A program made the translations under genes and the position numbers. The notes beneath the pieces were generated by a model. The model was given only the letters and a program-made list of their open reading frames with translations. It had not been told where the DNA came from and made no database searches. 6,426 nt of DNA, taken from IMG/VR virus record IMGVR_UViG_2711768010_000002; one strand, 5' to 3'. Positions 1-6,426 of the stretch are shown here, one piece after another (the stretch's first letter is position 1; each line of letters starts with the position of its first letter). Source of the stretch: a virus. Its lineage: Duplodnaviria > Heunggongvirae > Uroviricota > Caudoviricetes.

Positions 1-1019
1 TTAATGACAGCGGTGCGGCGCTGGGATATTACGTCAGCGAGGACGGCTATCCTGGCTGGATGCCGCAGAAATGGACATGGATACCCCGTGAGTTACCCGG
101 CGGGCGCGCCTCGTTCATTCACGTTTTTGAACCCGTGGAGGACGGGCAGACCCGCGGTGCAAATGTGTTTTACAGCGTAATGGAGCAGATGAAGATGCTC
201 GACACGCTGCAGAACACGCAGCTGCAGAGCGCCATTGTGAAGGCGATGTATGCCGCCACCATTGAAAGTGAGCTGGATACGCAGTCAGCGATGGATTTTA
301 TTCTGGGCGCGAACAGTAAGGAGCAGCGGGAAAGGCTGACGGGCTGGATTGGTGAAATTGCCGCGTATTACGCCGCAGCACCGGTCCGTCTGGGAGGCGC
401 AAAAGTGCCGCACCTGATGCCGGGGGACTCACTGAACCTGCAGACGGCTCAGGACACGGATAACGGCTACTCCGTGTTTGAGCAGTCACTGTTGCGGTAT
501 ATCGCTGCCGGGCTGGGTGTCTCGTATGAGCAACTTTCCCGGAATTACGCCCAGATGAGCTACTCCACGGCACGGGCCAGTGCGAACGAGTCGTGGGCGT
601 ACTTTATGGGGCGGCGAAAATTCGTCGCATCCCGTCAGGCGAGCCAGATGTTTCTGTGCTGGCTGGAAGAGGCCATCGTTCGCCGCGTGGTGACGTTACC
701 TTCAAAAGCGCGCTTCAGTTTTCAGGAAGCCCGCAGTGCCTGGGGGAACTGCGACTGGATAGGCTCCGGTCGTATGGCCATCGATGGTCTGAAAGAAGTT
801 CAGGAAGCGGTGATGCTGATAGAAGCCGGACTGAGCACCTACGAGAAAGAGTGCGCGAAACGCGGTGACGACTATCAGGAAATTTTTGCCCAGCAGGTCC
901 GTGAAACGATGGAGCGCCGCGCAGCTGGTCTTAAACCGCCCGCCTGGGCGGCTGCGGCATTTGAATCCGGGCTGCGACAATCAACAGAGGAGGAGAAGAG
1001 TGACAGCAGAGCTGCGTAA
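1..1019 (+). CDS. B: Portal protein, C-terminal ~339 codons (5' partial; gene begins upstream of the window)
   Basis: Frame 3 is open from the window edge (no stop between nt 3 and the ATG at 60) to TAA at 1017-1019. The translation (...MPQKWTWIPRELPGGRASFIHVFEPVEDGQTRGANVFYSVMEQMKML...) matches my recollection of the lambda gpB C-terminal region. The ATG at 60 used by the ORF track is an internal Met, not the true start. Confidence 0.93.
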   Translation, partial: NDSGAALGYYVSEDGYPGWMPQKWTWIPRELPGGRASFIHVFEPVEDGQTRGANVFYSVMEQMKMLDTLQNTQLQSAIVKAMYAATIESELDTQSAMDFILGANSKEQRERLTGWIGEIAAYYAAAPVRLGGAKVPHLMPGDSLNLQTAQDTDNGYSVFEQSLLRYIAAGLGVSYEQLSRNYAQMSYSTARASANESWAYFMGRRKFVASRQASQMFLCWLEEAIVRRVVTLPSKARFSFQEARSAWGNCDWIGSGRMAIDGLKEVQEAVMLIEAGLSTYEKECAKRGDDYQEIFAQQVRETMERRAAGLKPPAWAAAAFESGLRQSTEEEKSDSRAA

Positions 1020-2319
1020 TCTCCCGCATATTGCCAGCATGGCCTTTAATGAGCCGCTGATGCTTGAACCCGCCTATGCGCGGGTTTTCTTTTGTGCGCT
1101 TGCAGGCCAGCTTGGGATCAGCTGCCTGACGGATGCAGTATCCGGCGACAGCCTGACTGCCGGAGAGGCACCCGCGGCGCTGGCGTTATCCGGTGATGAT
1201 GACGGACCACGACAGGCCCGCAGTTATCAGGTAATGAACGGCATCGCCGTGCTGCCGGTGTCCGGCACGCTGGTCAGCCGGACGCGGGCGCTGCAGCCGT
1301 ACTCGGGGATGACCGGTTACAACGGCATTATCGCCCGTCTGCAACAGGCTGCCAGCGACCCGATGGTGGACGGCATTCTGCTCGATATGGACACACCGGG
1401 CGGAATGGTGGCGGGAGCATTTGACTGCGCTGACATCATCGCCCGTGTGCGTGACATAAAGCCGGTATGGGCGCTGGCCAATGACATGAACTGCAGCGCA
1501 GGTCAGCTGCTTGCCAGTGCCGCCTCCCGGCGTCTGGTCACGCAGACCGCCCGGACAGGCTCCATCGGCGTCATGATGGCTCACAGTAATTACGGCGCTG
1601 CACTGGAGAAACAGGGCGTGGAAATCACGCTGATTTACAGCGGCAGCCATAAGGTGGATGGCAACCCCTACAGCCATCTACCGGATGACGTCCGGGAAAC
1701 ACTGCAGTCCCGGATGGATGCAACCCGCCGGATGTTTGCACAGAAGGTGTCGGCATATACCGGCCTGTCCGTGCAGGCTGTGCTGGATACCGAGGCTGCA
1801 GTGTACAGCGGTCAGGAGGCCATTGATGCCGGACTGGCTGATGAACTTGTTAACAGTACCGATGCGATCACCGTCATGCGTGATGCACTGGATGCACGTA
1901 AATCCCGTCTCTCAGGAGGGCGAATGACCAAAGAGACTCAATCAACAACTGTTTCAGCCACTGCTTCGCAGGCTGACGTTACTGGCGTGGTGCAAGCGAC
2001 GGAGGGCGAGAACGCCAGCGCGGCGCAGCCGGACGTGAACGCGCAGATCACCGCAGCGGTTGCGGCAGAAAACAGTCGCATTATGGGGATCCTCAACTGT
2101 GAGGAGGCTCACGGACGCGAAGAACAGGCACGCGTGCTGGCCGAAACCCCCGGTATGACCGTGGAAACGGCCCGCCGTATTCTGGCCGCAGCACCACAGA
2201 GTGCACAGACGCGCAGTGACACTGCGCTGGATCGTCTGATGCAGGGGGCACCGGCACCGCTGGCTGCAGGTAACCCGGCATCTGATGCCGTTAACGATTT
2301 GCTGAACACACCAGTGTAA
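1000..2319 (+). CDS. C: Prohead (capsid maturation) protease C, ClpP/SppA-like serine protease; 439 codons
   Basis: GTG start at 1000-1002 preceded by GAGGAGGAG (987-995); translation VTAELRNLPHIASMAFNEPLMLEPAYARVFF... to TAA at 2317-2319. Length 1320 nt equals lambda gene C. The upstream ATG at 865 in the ORF track gives an Arg-rich N-terminus lying inside the portal gene in another frame and lacks an SD, so it is rejected as the start. Confidence 0.92.
   Translation: MTAELRNLPHIASMAFNEPLMLEPAYARVFFCALAGQLGISCLTDAVSGDSLTAGEAPAALALSGDDDGPRQARSYQVMNGIAVLPVSGTLVSRTRALQPYSGMTGYNGIIARLQQAASDPMVDGILLDMDTPGGMVAGAFDCADIIARVRDIKPVWALANDMNCSAGQLLASAASRRLVTQTARTGSIGVMMAHSNYGAALEKQGVEITLIYSGSHKVDGNPYSHLPDDVRETLQSRMDATRRMFAQKVSAYTGLSVQAVLDTEAAVYSGQEAIDAGLADELVNSTDAITVMRDALDARKSRLSGGRMTKETQSTTVSATASQADVTGVVQATEGENASAAQPDVNAQITAAVAAENSRIMGILNCEEAHGREEQARVLAETPGMTVETARRILAAAPQSAQTRSDTALDRLMQGAPAPLAAGNPASDAVNDLLNTPV
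1924..2319 (+). CDS. Nu3: Capsid scaffolding protein Nu3, translated from an internal in-frame start within C (shares the C-terminus of C)
   Basis: In-frame ATG at 1924-1926 preceded by a strong SD AGGAGG (1914-1919, 4-nt spacer); product MTKETQSTTVSATASQADVTGVV...NDLLNTPV, 131 aa, Ala/Gln-rich, consistent with a scaffold. Start is ambiguous: other in-frame ATGs at 1714 (MDATRR..., no obvious SD) and 1876 exist; some lambda annotations may use the 1714-equivalent start. Confidence 0.72.
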   Translation: MTKETQSTTVSATASQADVTGVVQATEGENASAAQPDVNAQITAAVAAENSRIMGILNCEEAHGREEQARVLAETPGMTVETARRILAAAPQSAQTRSDTALDRLMQGAPAPLAAGNPASDAVNDLLNTPV

Positions 2320-2328
2320 GGGATGTTT

Positions 2329-2502
2329 ATGACGAGCAAAGAAACCTTTACCCATTACCAGCCGCTGGGCAACAGTGACCCGGCTCATACCGCAACCGCG
2401 CCCGGCGGATTGAGTGCGAAAGCGCCTGCAATGACCCCGCTGATGCTGGACACCTCCACCCGTAAGCTGGTTGCGTGGGATGGCACCACCGACGGTGCTG
2501 CC
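2329..2502 (+). CDS. D: Head decoration protein D, N-terminal 58 codons (3' end lost in N run)
   Basis: ATG at 2329 with AAGGGA 5 nt upstream; translation [58 protein letters not shown] matches lambda gpD N-terminus. ATG at 2323 (MFMTSK) is an alternative 2 codons upstream. Runs into N run at 2503. Confidence 0.9.
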
Positions 2503-2575
2503 NNNNNNNNNNNNNNNNNNNNNNNNNNNNNNNNNNNNNNNNNNNNNNNNNNNNNNNNNNNNNNNNNNNNNNNNN
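2503..2575. other. Run of 73 N (masked or gap sequence) covering the 3' half of D, the D-E spacer and the first ~11 codons of E
   Basis: Literal n characters. By my count the lambda-equivalent segment would be about 245 nt, so the N-run length does not represent true length. Confidence 0.99.
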
Positions 2576-3416
2576 CGGCAAATGAGCAGAAATTTAAGTT
2601 TGATCCGCTGTTTCTGCGTCTCTTTTTCCGTGAGAGCTATCCCTTCACCACGGAGAAAGTCTATCTCTCACAAATTCCGGGACTGGTAAACATGGCGCTG
2701 TACGTTTCGCCGATTGTTTCCGGTGAGGTTATCCGTTCCCGTGGCGGCTCCACCTCTGAATTTACGCCGGGATATGTCAAACCCAAGCATGAGGTGAATC
2801 CGCAGATGACCCTGCGTCGCCTGCCGGATGAAGATCCGCAGAATCTGGCGGACCCGGCTTACCGCCGCCGTCGCATCATCATGCAGAACATGCGTGACGA
2901 AGAGCTGGCCATTGCTCAGGTCGAAGAGATGCAGGCAGTTTCTGCCGTGCTCAAGGGCAAATACACCATGACCGGTGAAGCCTTCGATCCGGTTGAGGTG
3001 GATATGGGCCGCAGTGCGGCGAACAACATCACGCAGTCCGGCGGTACGGAGTGGAGCAAGCGTGACAAGTCCACGTATGACCCGACCGACGATATCGAAG
3101 CCTACGCGCTGAACGCCAGCGGTGTGGTGAATATCATCGTGTTTGACCCGAAAGGCTGGGCGCTGTTCCGTTCCTTCAAAGCCGTCAAGGAGAAGCTGGA
3201 TACCCGTCGCGGCTCTCATTCCGAGCTGGAGACAGCGGTAAAAGACCTGGGCAAAGCGGTGTCCTATAAGGGAATGTATGGCGATGTGGCCATCGTCGTG
3301 TATTCCGGACAGTACGTGGAAAACGGCGTCAAAAAGAACTTCCTGCCGGACAACACGATGGTGCTGGGGAACACTCAGGCTCGCGGTCTGCGCACCTATG
3401 GCTGCATTCAGGATGC
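2576..3416 (+). CDS. E: Major capsid protein E (HK97-fold family), internal fragment; both ends lost in N runs
   Basis: Translation from 2578: ANEQKFKFDPLFLRLFFRESYPFTTEKVYLSQIPGLVNMALYVSPIVSGEVIRSRGG...GLRTYGCIQDA matches lambda gpE from about residue 12 to about residue 291 of 341. Bounded by N runs at 2503-2575 and 3417-3682. Confidence 0.93.
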
Positions 3417-3682
3417 NNNNNNNNNNNNNNNNNNNNNNNNNNNNNNNNNNNNNNNNNNNNNNNNNNNNNNNNNNNNNNNNNNNNNNNNNNNNNNNNNNNN
3501 NNNNNNNNNNNNNNNNNNNNNNNNNNNNNNNNNNNNNNNNNNNNNNNNNNNNNNNNNNNNNNNNNNNNNNNNNNNNNNNNNNNNNNNNNNNNNNNNNNNN
3601 NNNNNNNNNNNNNNNNNNNNNNNNNNNNNNNNNNNNNNNNNNNNNNNNNNNNNNNNNNNNNNNNNNNNNNNNNNNNNNNNNN
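3417..3682. other. Run of 266 N covering the last ~50 codons of E, the E-FI spacer and the first ~15 codons of FI
   Basis: Literal n characters. Lambda-equivalent segment about 240 nt by my count; the flanking frames differ (E frame 1, FI frame 2). Confidence 0.99.
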
Positions 3683-4036
3683 CAATTGAACCGCGATGTC
3701 AGTTTGACGGGAACGAAAGAAGAACTGGCGCTTCGTGTGGCAGAGCTGGAAGAAGAGCTTGATGACACGGATGAAACTGCCGGTCAGGACACCCCTCTCA
3801 GCCGGGAAAATGTGCTGACCGGGCATGAAAATGAGGTGGTATCAGCGCAGCCGGATACCGTGATTCAGGATACGGCTGAACTGGTCACGGTCGTGGCACT
3901 GGTGACGCTGCATACTGATGCACTTCACGCCACGCGGGATAAACCTGTGGCATTTGTGCTGCCGGGAACGGCGTTTCGTGTCTCTGCCGGTGTGGCAGCC
4001 GAAATGACAGAGCGCGGCCTGGCCAGAATGCAATAA
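3683..4036 (+). CDS. FI: DNA packaging / head assembly protein FI, C-terminal 117 codons (5' end lost in N run)
   Basis: Frame 2 after the N run: QLNRDVSLTGTKEELALRVAELEEELDDTDETAGQDTPLSRENVLTGHENE...AAEMTERGLARMQ, stop TAA 4034-4036; matches lambda gpFI from about residue 16. This is a different frame from E, so the 2323-3762 ORF in the track is a gap artefact. Confidence 0.9.
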   Translation, partial: QLNRDVSLTGTKEELALRVAELEEELDDTDETAGQDTPLSRENVLTGHENEVVSAQPDTVIQDTAELVTVVALVTLHTDALHATRDKPVAFVLPGTAFRVSAGVAAEMTERGLARMQ

Positions 4037-4047
4037 CGGGAGGCGCT

Positions 4048-4401
4048 GTGGCTGATTTCGATAACCTGTTCGATGCTGCCATTGCCCGCGCCGATGAAAC
4101 GATACGCGGGTACATGGGAACGTCAGCCACCATGACATCCGGTGAGCAGTCAGGTGCGGTGATACGTGGTGTTTTTGATGACCCTGAAAATATCAGCTAT
4201 GCCGGACAGGGCGTGCGCGTTGAAGGCTCCAGCCCGTCCCTGTTTGTCCGGACTGATGAGGTGCGGCAGCTGCGGCGTGGAGACACGCTGACCATCGGTG
4301 AGGAAAATTTCTGGGTAGATCGGGTTTCGCCGGATGATGGCGGAAGTTGTCATCTCTGGCTTGGACGGGGCGTACCGCCTGCCGTTAACCGTCGCCGCTG
4401 A
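4048..4401 (+). CDS. FII: Head-tail joining (head completion) protein FII, 117 codons
   Basis: GTG start at 4048 with SD GGGAGG (4038-4043); MADFDNLFDAAIARADETIRGYMGTSATMTSGEQSGAVIRGVFDDPENISYAGQGVRVEG... to TGA 4399-4401. Length 354 nt equals lambda FII. Confidence 0.93.
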   Translation: MADFDNLFDAAIARADETIRGYMGTSATMTSGEQSGAVIRGVFDDPENISYAGQGVRVEGSSPSLFVRTDEVRQLRRGDTLTIGEENFWVDRVSPDDGGSCHLWLGRGVPPAVNRRR

Positions 4402-4412
4402 AAGGGGGATGT

Positions 4413-4775
4413 ATGGCCATAAAAGGTCTTGAGCAGGCCGTTGAAAACCTCAGCCGTATCAGCAAAACGGCGGTGCCCGGTGCCGCCGCAATGGCCATTA
4501 ACCGCGTTGCTTCATCCGCGATATCGCAGTCTGCGTCACAGGTTGCCCGTGAGACAAAGGTACGCCGGAAACTGGTAAAGGAAAGGGCCAGGCTGAAAAG
4601 GGCCACGGTCAAAAATCCGCAGGCCAGAATCAAAGTTAACCGGGGGGATTTGCCCGTAATCAAGCTGGGTAATGCGCGGGTTGTCCTGTCCCGCCGCAGG
4701 CGTCATAAAAAGGGGCAGCGTTCATCCCTGAAAGGTGGCGGCAGCGTGCTTGTGGTGGGTAACCGTCGTATTCCC
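4413..4775 (+). CDS. Z: Tail completion protein Z, N-terminal 121 codons (3' end lost in N run)
   Basis: ATG at 4413 with G-rich SD AAGGGGG (4402-4408); MAIKGLEQAVENLSRISKTAVPGAAAMAINRVASSAISQSASQVARETKVRRKLVKERARL...VVGNRRIP matches lambda gpZ. Runs into N run at 4776. Confidence 0.9.
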
Positions 4776-4871
4776 NNNNNNNNNNNNNNNNNNNNNNNNN
4801 NNNNNNNNNNNNNNNNNNNNNNNNNNNNNNNNNNNNNNNNNNNNNNNNNNNNNNNNNNNNNNNNNNNNNNN
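4776..4871. other. Run of 96 N covering the 3' ~71 codons of Z and the first ~12 codons of U (including the Z/U junction)
   Basis: Literal n characters. Lambda-equivalent segment about 248 nt by my count; the 96-nt run happens to keep phase, so the track fuses Z and U into one 272-aa ORF. Confidence 0.99.
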
Positions 4872-5231
4872 GCACTGGAGAAGCATGACACCGGGGCGAC
4901 GCTTTTTGATGGTCGCCCCGCTGTTTTTGATGAGGAAGATTTTCCGGCAATTGCCGTTTATCTCACCGGCGCTGAATACACGGGCGAAGAGCTGGACAGC
5001 GATACCTGGCAGGCGGAGCTGCATATTGAAGTTTTCCTGCCTGCTCAGGTGCCGGATTCAGAGCTGGATTCGTGGATGGAGTCCCGGATTTATCCTGTGA
5101 TGAGCGATATCCCGGCACTGTCAGATTTGATCACCAGTATGGTGGCCAGCGGCTATGACTACCGGCGCGACGATGATGCGGGCCTGTGGAGTTCAGCCGA
5201 TCTGACTTATGTCATTATCTATGAAATGTGA
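4872..5231 (+). CDS. U: Tail tube terminator protein U, C-terminal 119 codons (5' end lost in N run)
   Basis: After the N run in the same phase: [119 protein letters not shown], stop TGA 5229-5231; matches lambda gpU from about residue 13 of 131. Confidence 0.9.
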   Translation, partial: ALEKHDTGATLFDGRPAVFDEEDFPAIAVYLTGAEYTGEELDSDTWQAELHIEVFLPAQVPDSELDSWMESRIYPVMSDIPALSDLITSMVASGYDYRRDDDAGLWSSADLTYVIIYEM

Positions 5232-5238
5232 GGACGCT

Positions 5239-5979
5239 ATGCCTGTACCAAATCCTACAATGCCGGTGAAAGGTGCCGGGACCACCCTGTGGGTTTATAA
5301 GGGGAGCGGTGACCCTTATGCGAACCCGCTTTCAGACGTTGACTGGTCGCGTCTGGCAAAAGTTAAAGACCTGACGCCCGGCGAACTGACCGCTGAGTCC
5401 TATGACGACAGCTATCTCGATGATGAAGATGCAGACTGGACTGCGACCGGGCAGGGGCAGAAATCTGCCGGAGATACCAGCTTCACGCTGGCGTGGATGC
5501 CCGGAGAGCAGGGGCAGCAGGCGCTGCTGGCGTGGTTTAATGAAGGTGATACCCGTGCCTATAAAATCCGCTTCCCGAACGGCACGGTCGATGTGTTCCG
5601 TGGCTGGGTCAGCAGTATCGGTAAGGCGGTGACGGCGAAGGAGGTGATTACCCGCACGGTGAAGGTCACCAATGTGGGACGTCCGTCGATGGCAGAAGAT
5701 CGCAGCACGGTGACGGCGACGACCGGCATGACGGTGACACCCGCCAGTGCTTCCGTAGTGAAAGGGCAGAGCACCACGCTGACCGTGGCATTCCAGCCGG
5801 ATGGCGCAACCGACAAGAGCTTCCGTGCGGTGTCTGCGGATAAAACAAAAGCCACCGTGTCGGTCAGTGGTATGACCATCACCGTGAAAGGTGTTGCTGC
5901 AGGCAAGGTCAACATTCCGGTCGTATCTGGTAATGGTGAGTTTGCTGCGGTTGCAGAAATCAACGTCACCGCCAGTTAA
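5239..5979 (+). CDS. V: Major tail tube protein V with C-terminal Ig-like (Big_2-type) domain, 246 codons
   Basis: ATG at 5239 with GAGGA (5230-5234); [45 protein letters not shown]... to TAA 5977-5979; 741 nt equals lambda V. The ORF-track start at 5209 ([10 protein letters not shown]) lies inside U in another frame and is rejected. C-terminal ~80 residues ([79 protein letters not shown]) have the Thr/Val/Ser-rich beta-strand pattern of a Big_2 Ig-like domain. Confidence 0.95.
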   Translation: MPVPNPTMPVKGAGTTLWVYKGSGDPYANPLSDVDWSRLAKVKDLTPGELTAESYDDSYLDDEDADWTATGQGQKSAGDTSFTLAWMPGEQGQQALLAWFNEGDTRAYKIRFPNGTVDVFRGWVSSIGKAVTAKEVITRTVKVTNVGRPSMAEDRSTVTATTGMTVTPASASVVKGQSTTLTVAFQPDGATDKSFRAVSADKTKATVSVSGMTITVKGVAAGKVNIPVVSGNGEFAAVAEINVTAS

Positions 5980-5994
5980 TCCGGAGAGTCAGCG

Positions 5995-6417
5995 ATGTTC
6001 CTGAAAACCGAATCATTTGAACATAACGGTGTGACCGTCACGCTTTCTGAACTGTCAGCCCTGCAGCGTATTGAGCATCTCGACCTGATGAAACGGCAGG
6101 CAGAACAGGCGGAGTCAGACAGCAACCGGAAGTTTACTGTGGAAGACGCCATCAGAACCGGCGCTTTTGTGGTTGCGATGTCCCTGTGGCATAACCATCC
6201 GAAGAAGACGCAGATGCCGTCCATGAATGAAGCCGTTAAACAGATTGAGCAGGAAGTGCTTACCACCTGGCCCACAGAGGCAATTTCTCATGCTGAAAAC
6301 GTGGTGTACCGGCTGTCCGGTATGTATGAGTTTGTGGTGAATGATGCTCCTGAACAGGCAGAGGACGCCGGGCCTGCAGAGCCTGTTTCTGCGGGAAAGT
6401 GTTCGACGGTGAGCTGA
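5995..6417 (+). CDS. G: Tail assembly chaperone G, 140 codons
   Basis: ATG at 5995 with SD GGAGAG (5983-5988); MFLKTESFEHNGVTVTLSELSALQRIEHLDLMKRQAEQAESDSNRKFTVEDAIRTGAFVVAMSLWHNHPKKTQ... to TGA 6415-6417; matches lambda gpG in sequence and length. Confidence 0.95.
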   Translation: MFLKTESFEHNGVTVTLSELSALQRIEHLDLMKRQAEQAESDSNRKFTVEDAIRTGAFVVAMSLWHNHPKKTQMPSMNEAVKQIEQEVLTTWPTEAISHAENVVYRLSGMYEFVVNDAPEQAEDAGPAEPVSAGKCSTVS

Positions 6418-6426
6418 GTTTTGCCC
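5995..6426 (+). CDS. T: G-T fusion (tail assembly protein GT) made by programmed -1 ribosomal frameshift near the end of G; 3' partial, T continues past the window
   Basis: Slippery heptamer G GGA AAG at 6393-6399 in the G frame. After a -1 slip the reading frame continues GGG AAA GTG TTC GAC GGT GAG CTG AGT TTT GCC (G K V F D G E L S F A) with no stop to the window end, matching the start of the lambda T extension as I recall it. Confidence 0.8.
6393..6399 (+). promoter_or_regulatory. Programmed -1 ribosomal frameshift slippery site (G GGA AAG) of the G/GT tail chaperone pair
   Basis: Exact X XXY YYZ-type heptamer GGGAAAG positioned 6 codons before the G stop, with the -1 frame open downstream; this is the classical lambda G-T recoding site. 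Confidence 0.85.

Noticed and set aside
593-868. Small plus-strand ORFs in alternative frames (593-868, 1658-1927, 5402-5632)
   Set aside because: They are out-of-frame reads inside the portal, C and V genes with Arg/Cys-rich unnatural composition; there is no evidence of overlapping genes.
865-999. Upstream ATG at 865 as the start of C (the ORF track's 484-aa version)
   Set aside because: It would overlap the portal gene by 155 nt in another frame, gives an Arg-rich nonsense-like N-terminus and has no SD. GTG at 1000 with GAGGAGGAG upstream is the supported start.
1186-1677. 163-aa minus-strand ORF inside gene C, and similar antisense ORFs at 298-573, 702-980, 1954-2388, 2093-2281, 2109-2339, 3842-4138, 3885-4133, 4150-4353, 4385-4663, 5559-5969, 5666-5848, 5976-6275
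   Set aside because: They are fully embedded antisense to genes with clear identity. GC-rich coding sequence commonly gives long spurious antisense frames; none has an SD and start arrangement or recognisable protein features.
2323-3762. 479-aa ORF in the track spanning D, the first N run, E, the second N run and 80 nt after it
   Set aside because: It is an artefact of N runs translating as X with no stops. It fuses D (partial) and E (partial), and its tail after 3683 (IEPRCQFDGNERRTGASCGRAGRRA) is an out-of-frame read of FI, which is in frame 2.
2668-3768. 366-aa minus-strand ORF antisense to E, and the other minus-strand or alternative-frame ORFs crossing N runs (3329-3826, 4660-4950, 4703-4891, 4722-5024, 2348-2581, plus-strand 2471-2689, 3278-3682 portion, 4735-5100)
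   Set aside because: They are open only because the N runs remove stops, and they lie antisense or out of frame to strongly supported capsid and tail genes. The translations are Arg/His-rich and low-complexity with no recognisable domain.
4413-5231. 272-aa ORF in the track that looks like a single protein
   Set aside because: It is two genes, Z (N-terminal part) and U (C-terminal part), fused only because the 96-nt N run happens to preserve phase. The real Z stop and U start are hidden in the gap.
5209-5238. ATG at 5209 as the start of V ([10 protein letters not shown]...)
   Set aside because: It lies inside the 3' end of U in a different frame. ATG 5239, with its own SD and located after the U stop, reproduces the canonical tail tube N-terminus [12 protein letters not shown].
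1-6426. Search for a novel defence, toxin-antitoxin, CRISPR, tRNA or mobile-element feature
   Set aside because: I found no direct repeats with spacers, no tRNA-like cloverleaf candidates, no inverted-repeat-flanked insertion and no unassigned ORF; every unmasked coding stretch is assigned to a known lambda-type morphogenesis gene. Only the N-masked segments remain unassessed.

Overview
This window is a contiguous, single-strand (+) block of a lambda-type phage late operon: the head and proximal tail morphogenesis genes in the canonical order B (portal, 5' end off-window) - C (prohead protease) - Nu3 (scaffold, nested in-frame in C) - D (decoration) - E (major capsid) - FI - FII - Z - U - V (tail tube) - G, plus the start of the G-T frameshift product. 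The translated ORFs match, from memory, the bacteriophage lambda proteins nearly residue for residue, and gene lengths and spacings agree with lambda where sequence is visible; I could not run an alignment, so exact identity is unverified. Three N runs (2503-2575, 3417-3682, 4776-4871) hide the D/E, E/FI and Z/U junctions and fuse unrelated frames in the ORF track. Genes are tightly packed with short spacers or overlaps and Shine-Dalgarno motifs before most starts; I see no internal promoter or intrinsic terminator. I do not see a novel or undescribed system in the visible sequence: every unmasked base is accounted for by well-known lambda morphogenesis genes. The notable points are classical ones (programmed -1 frameshift in G, nested Nu3, B/C overlap, Ig-like domain in V) plus the unassessable masked segments.
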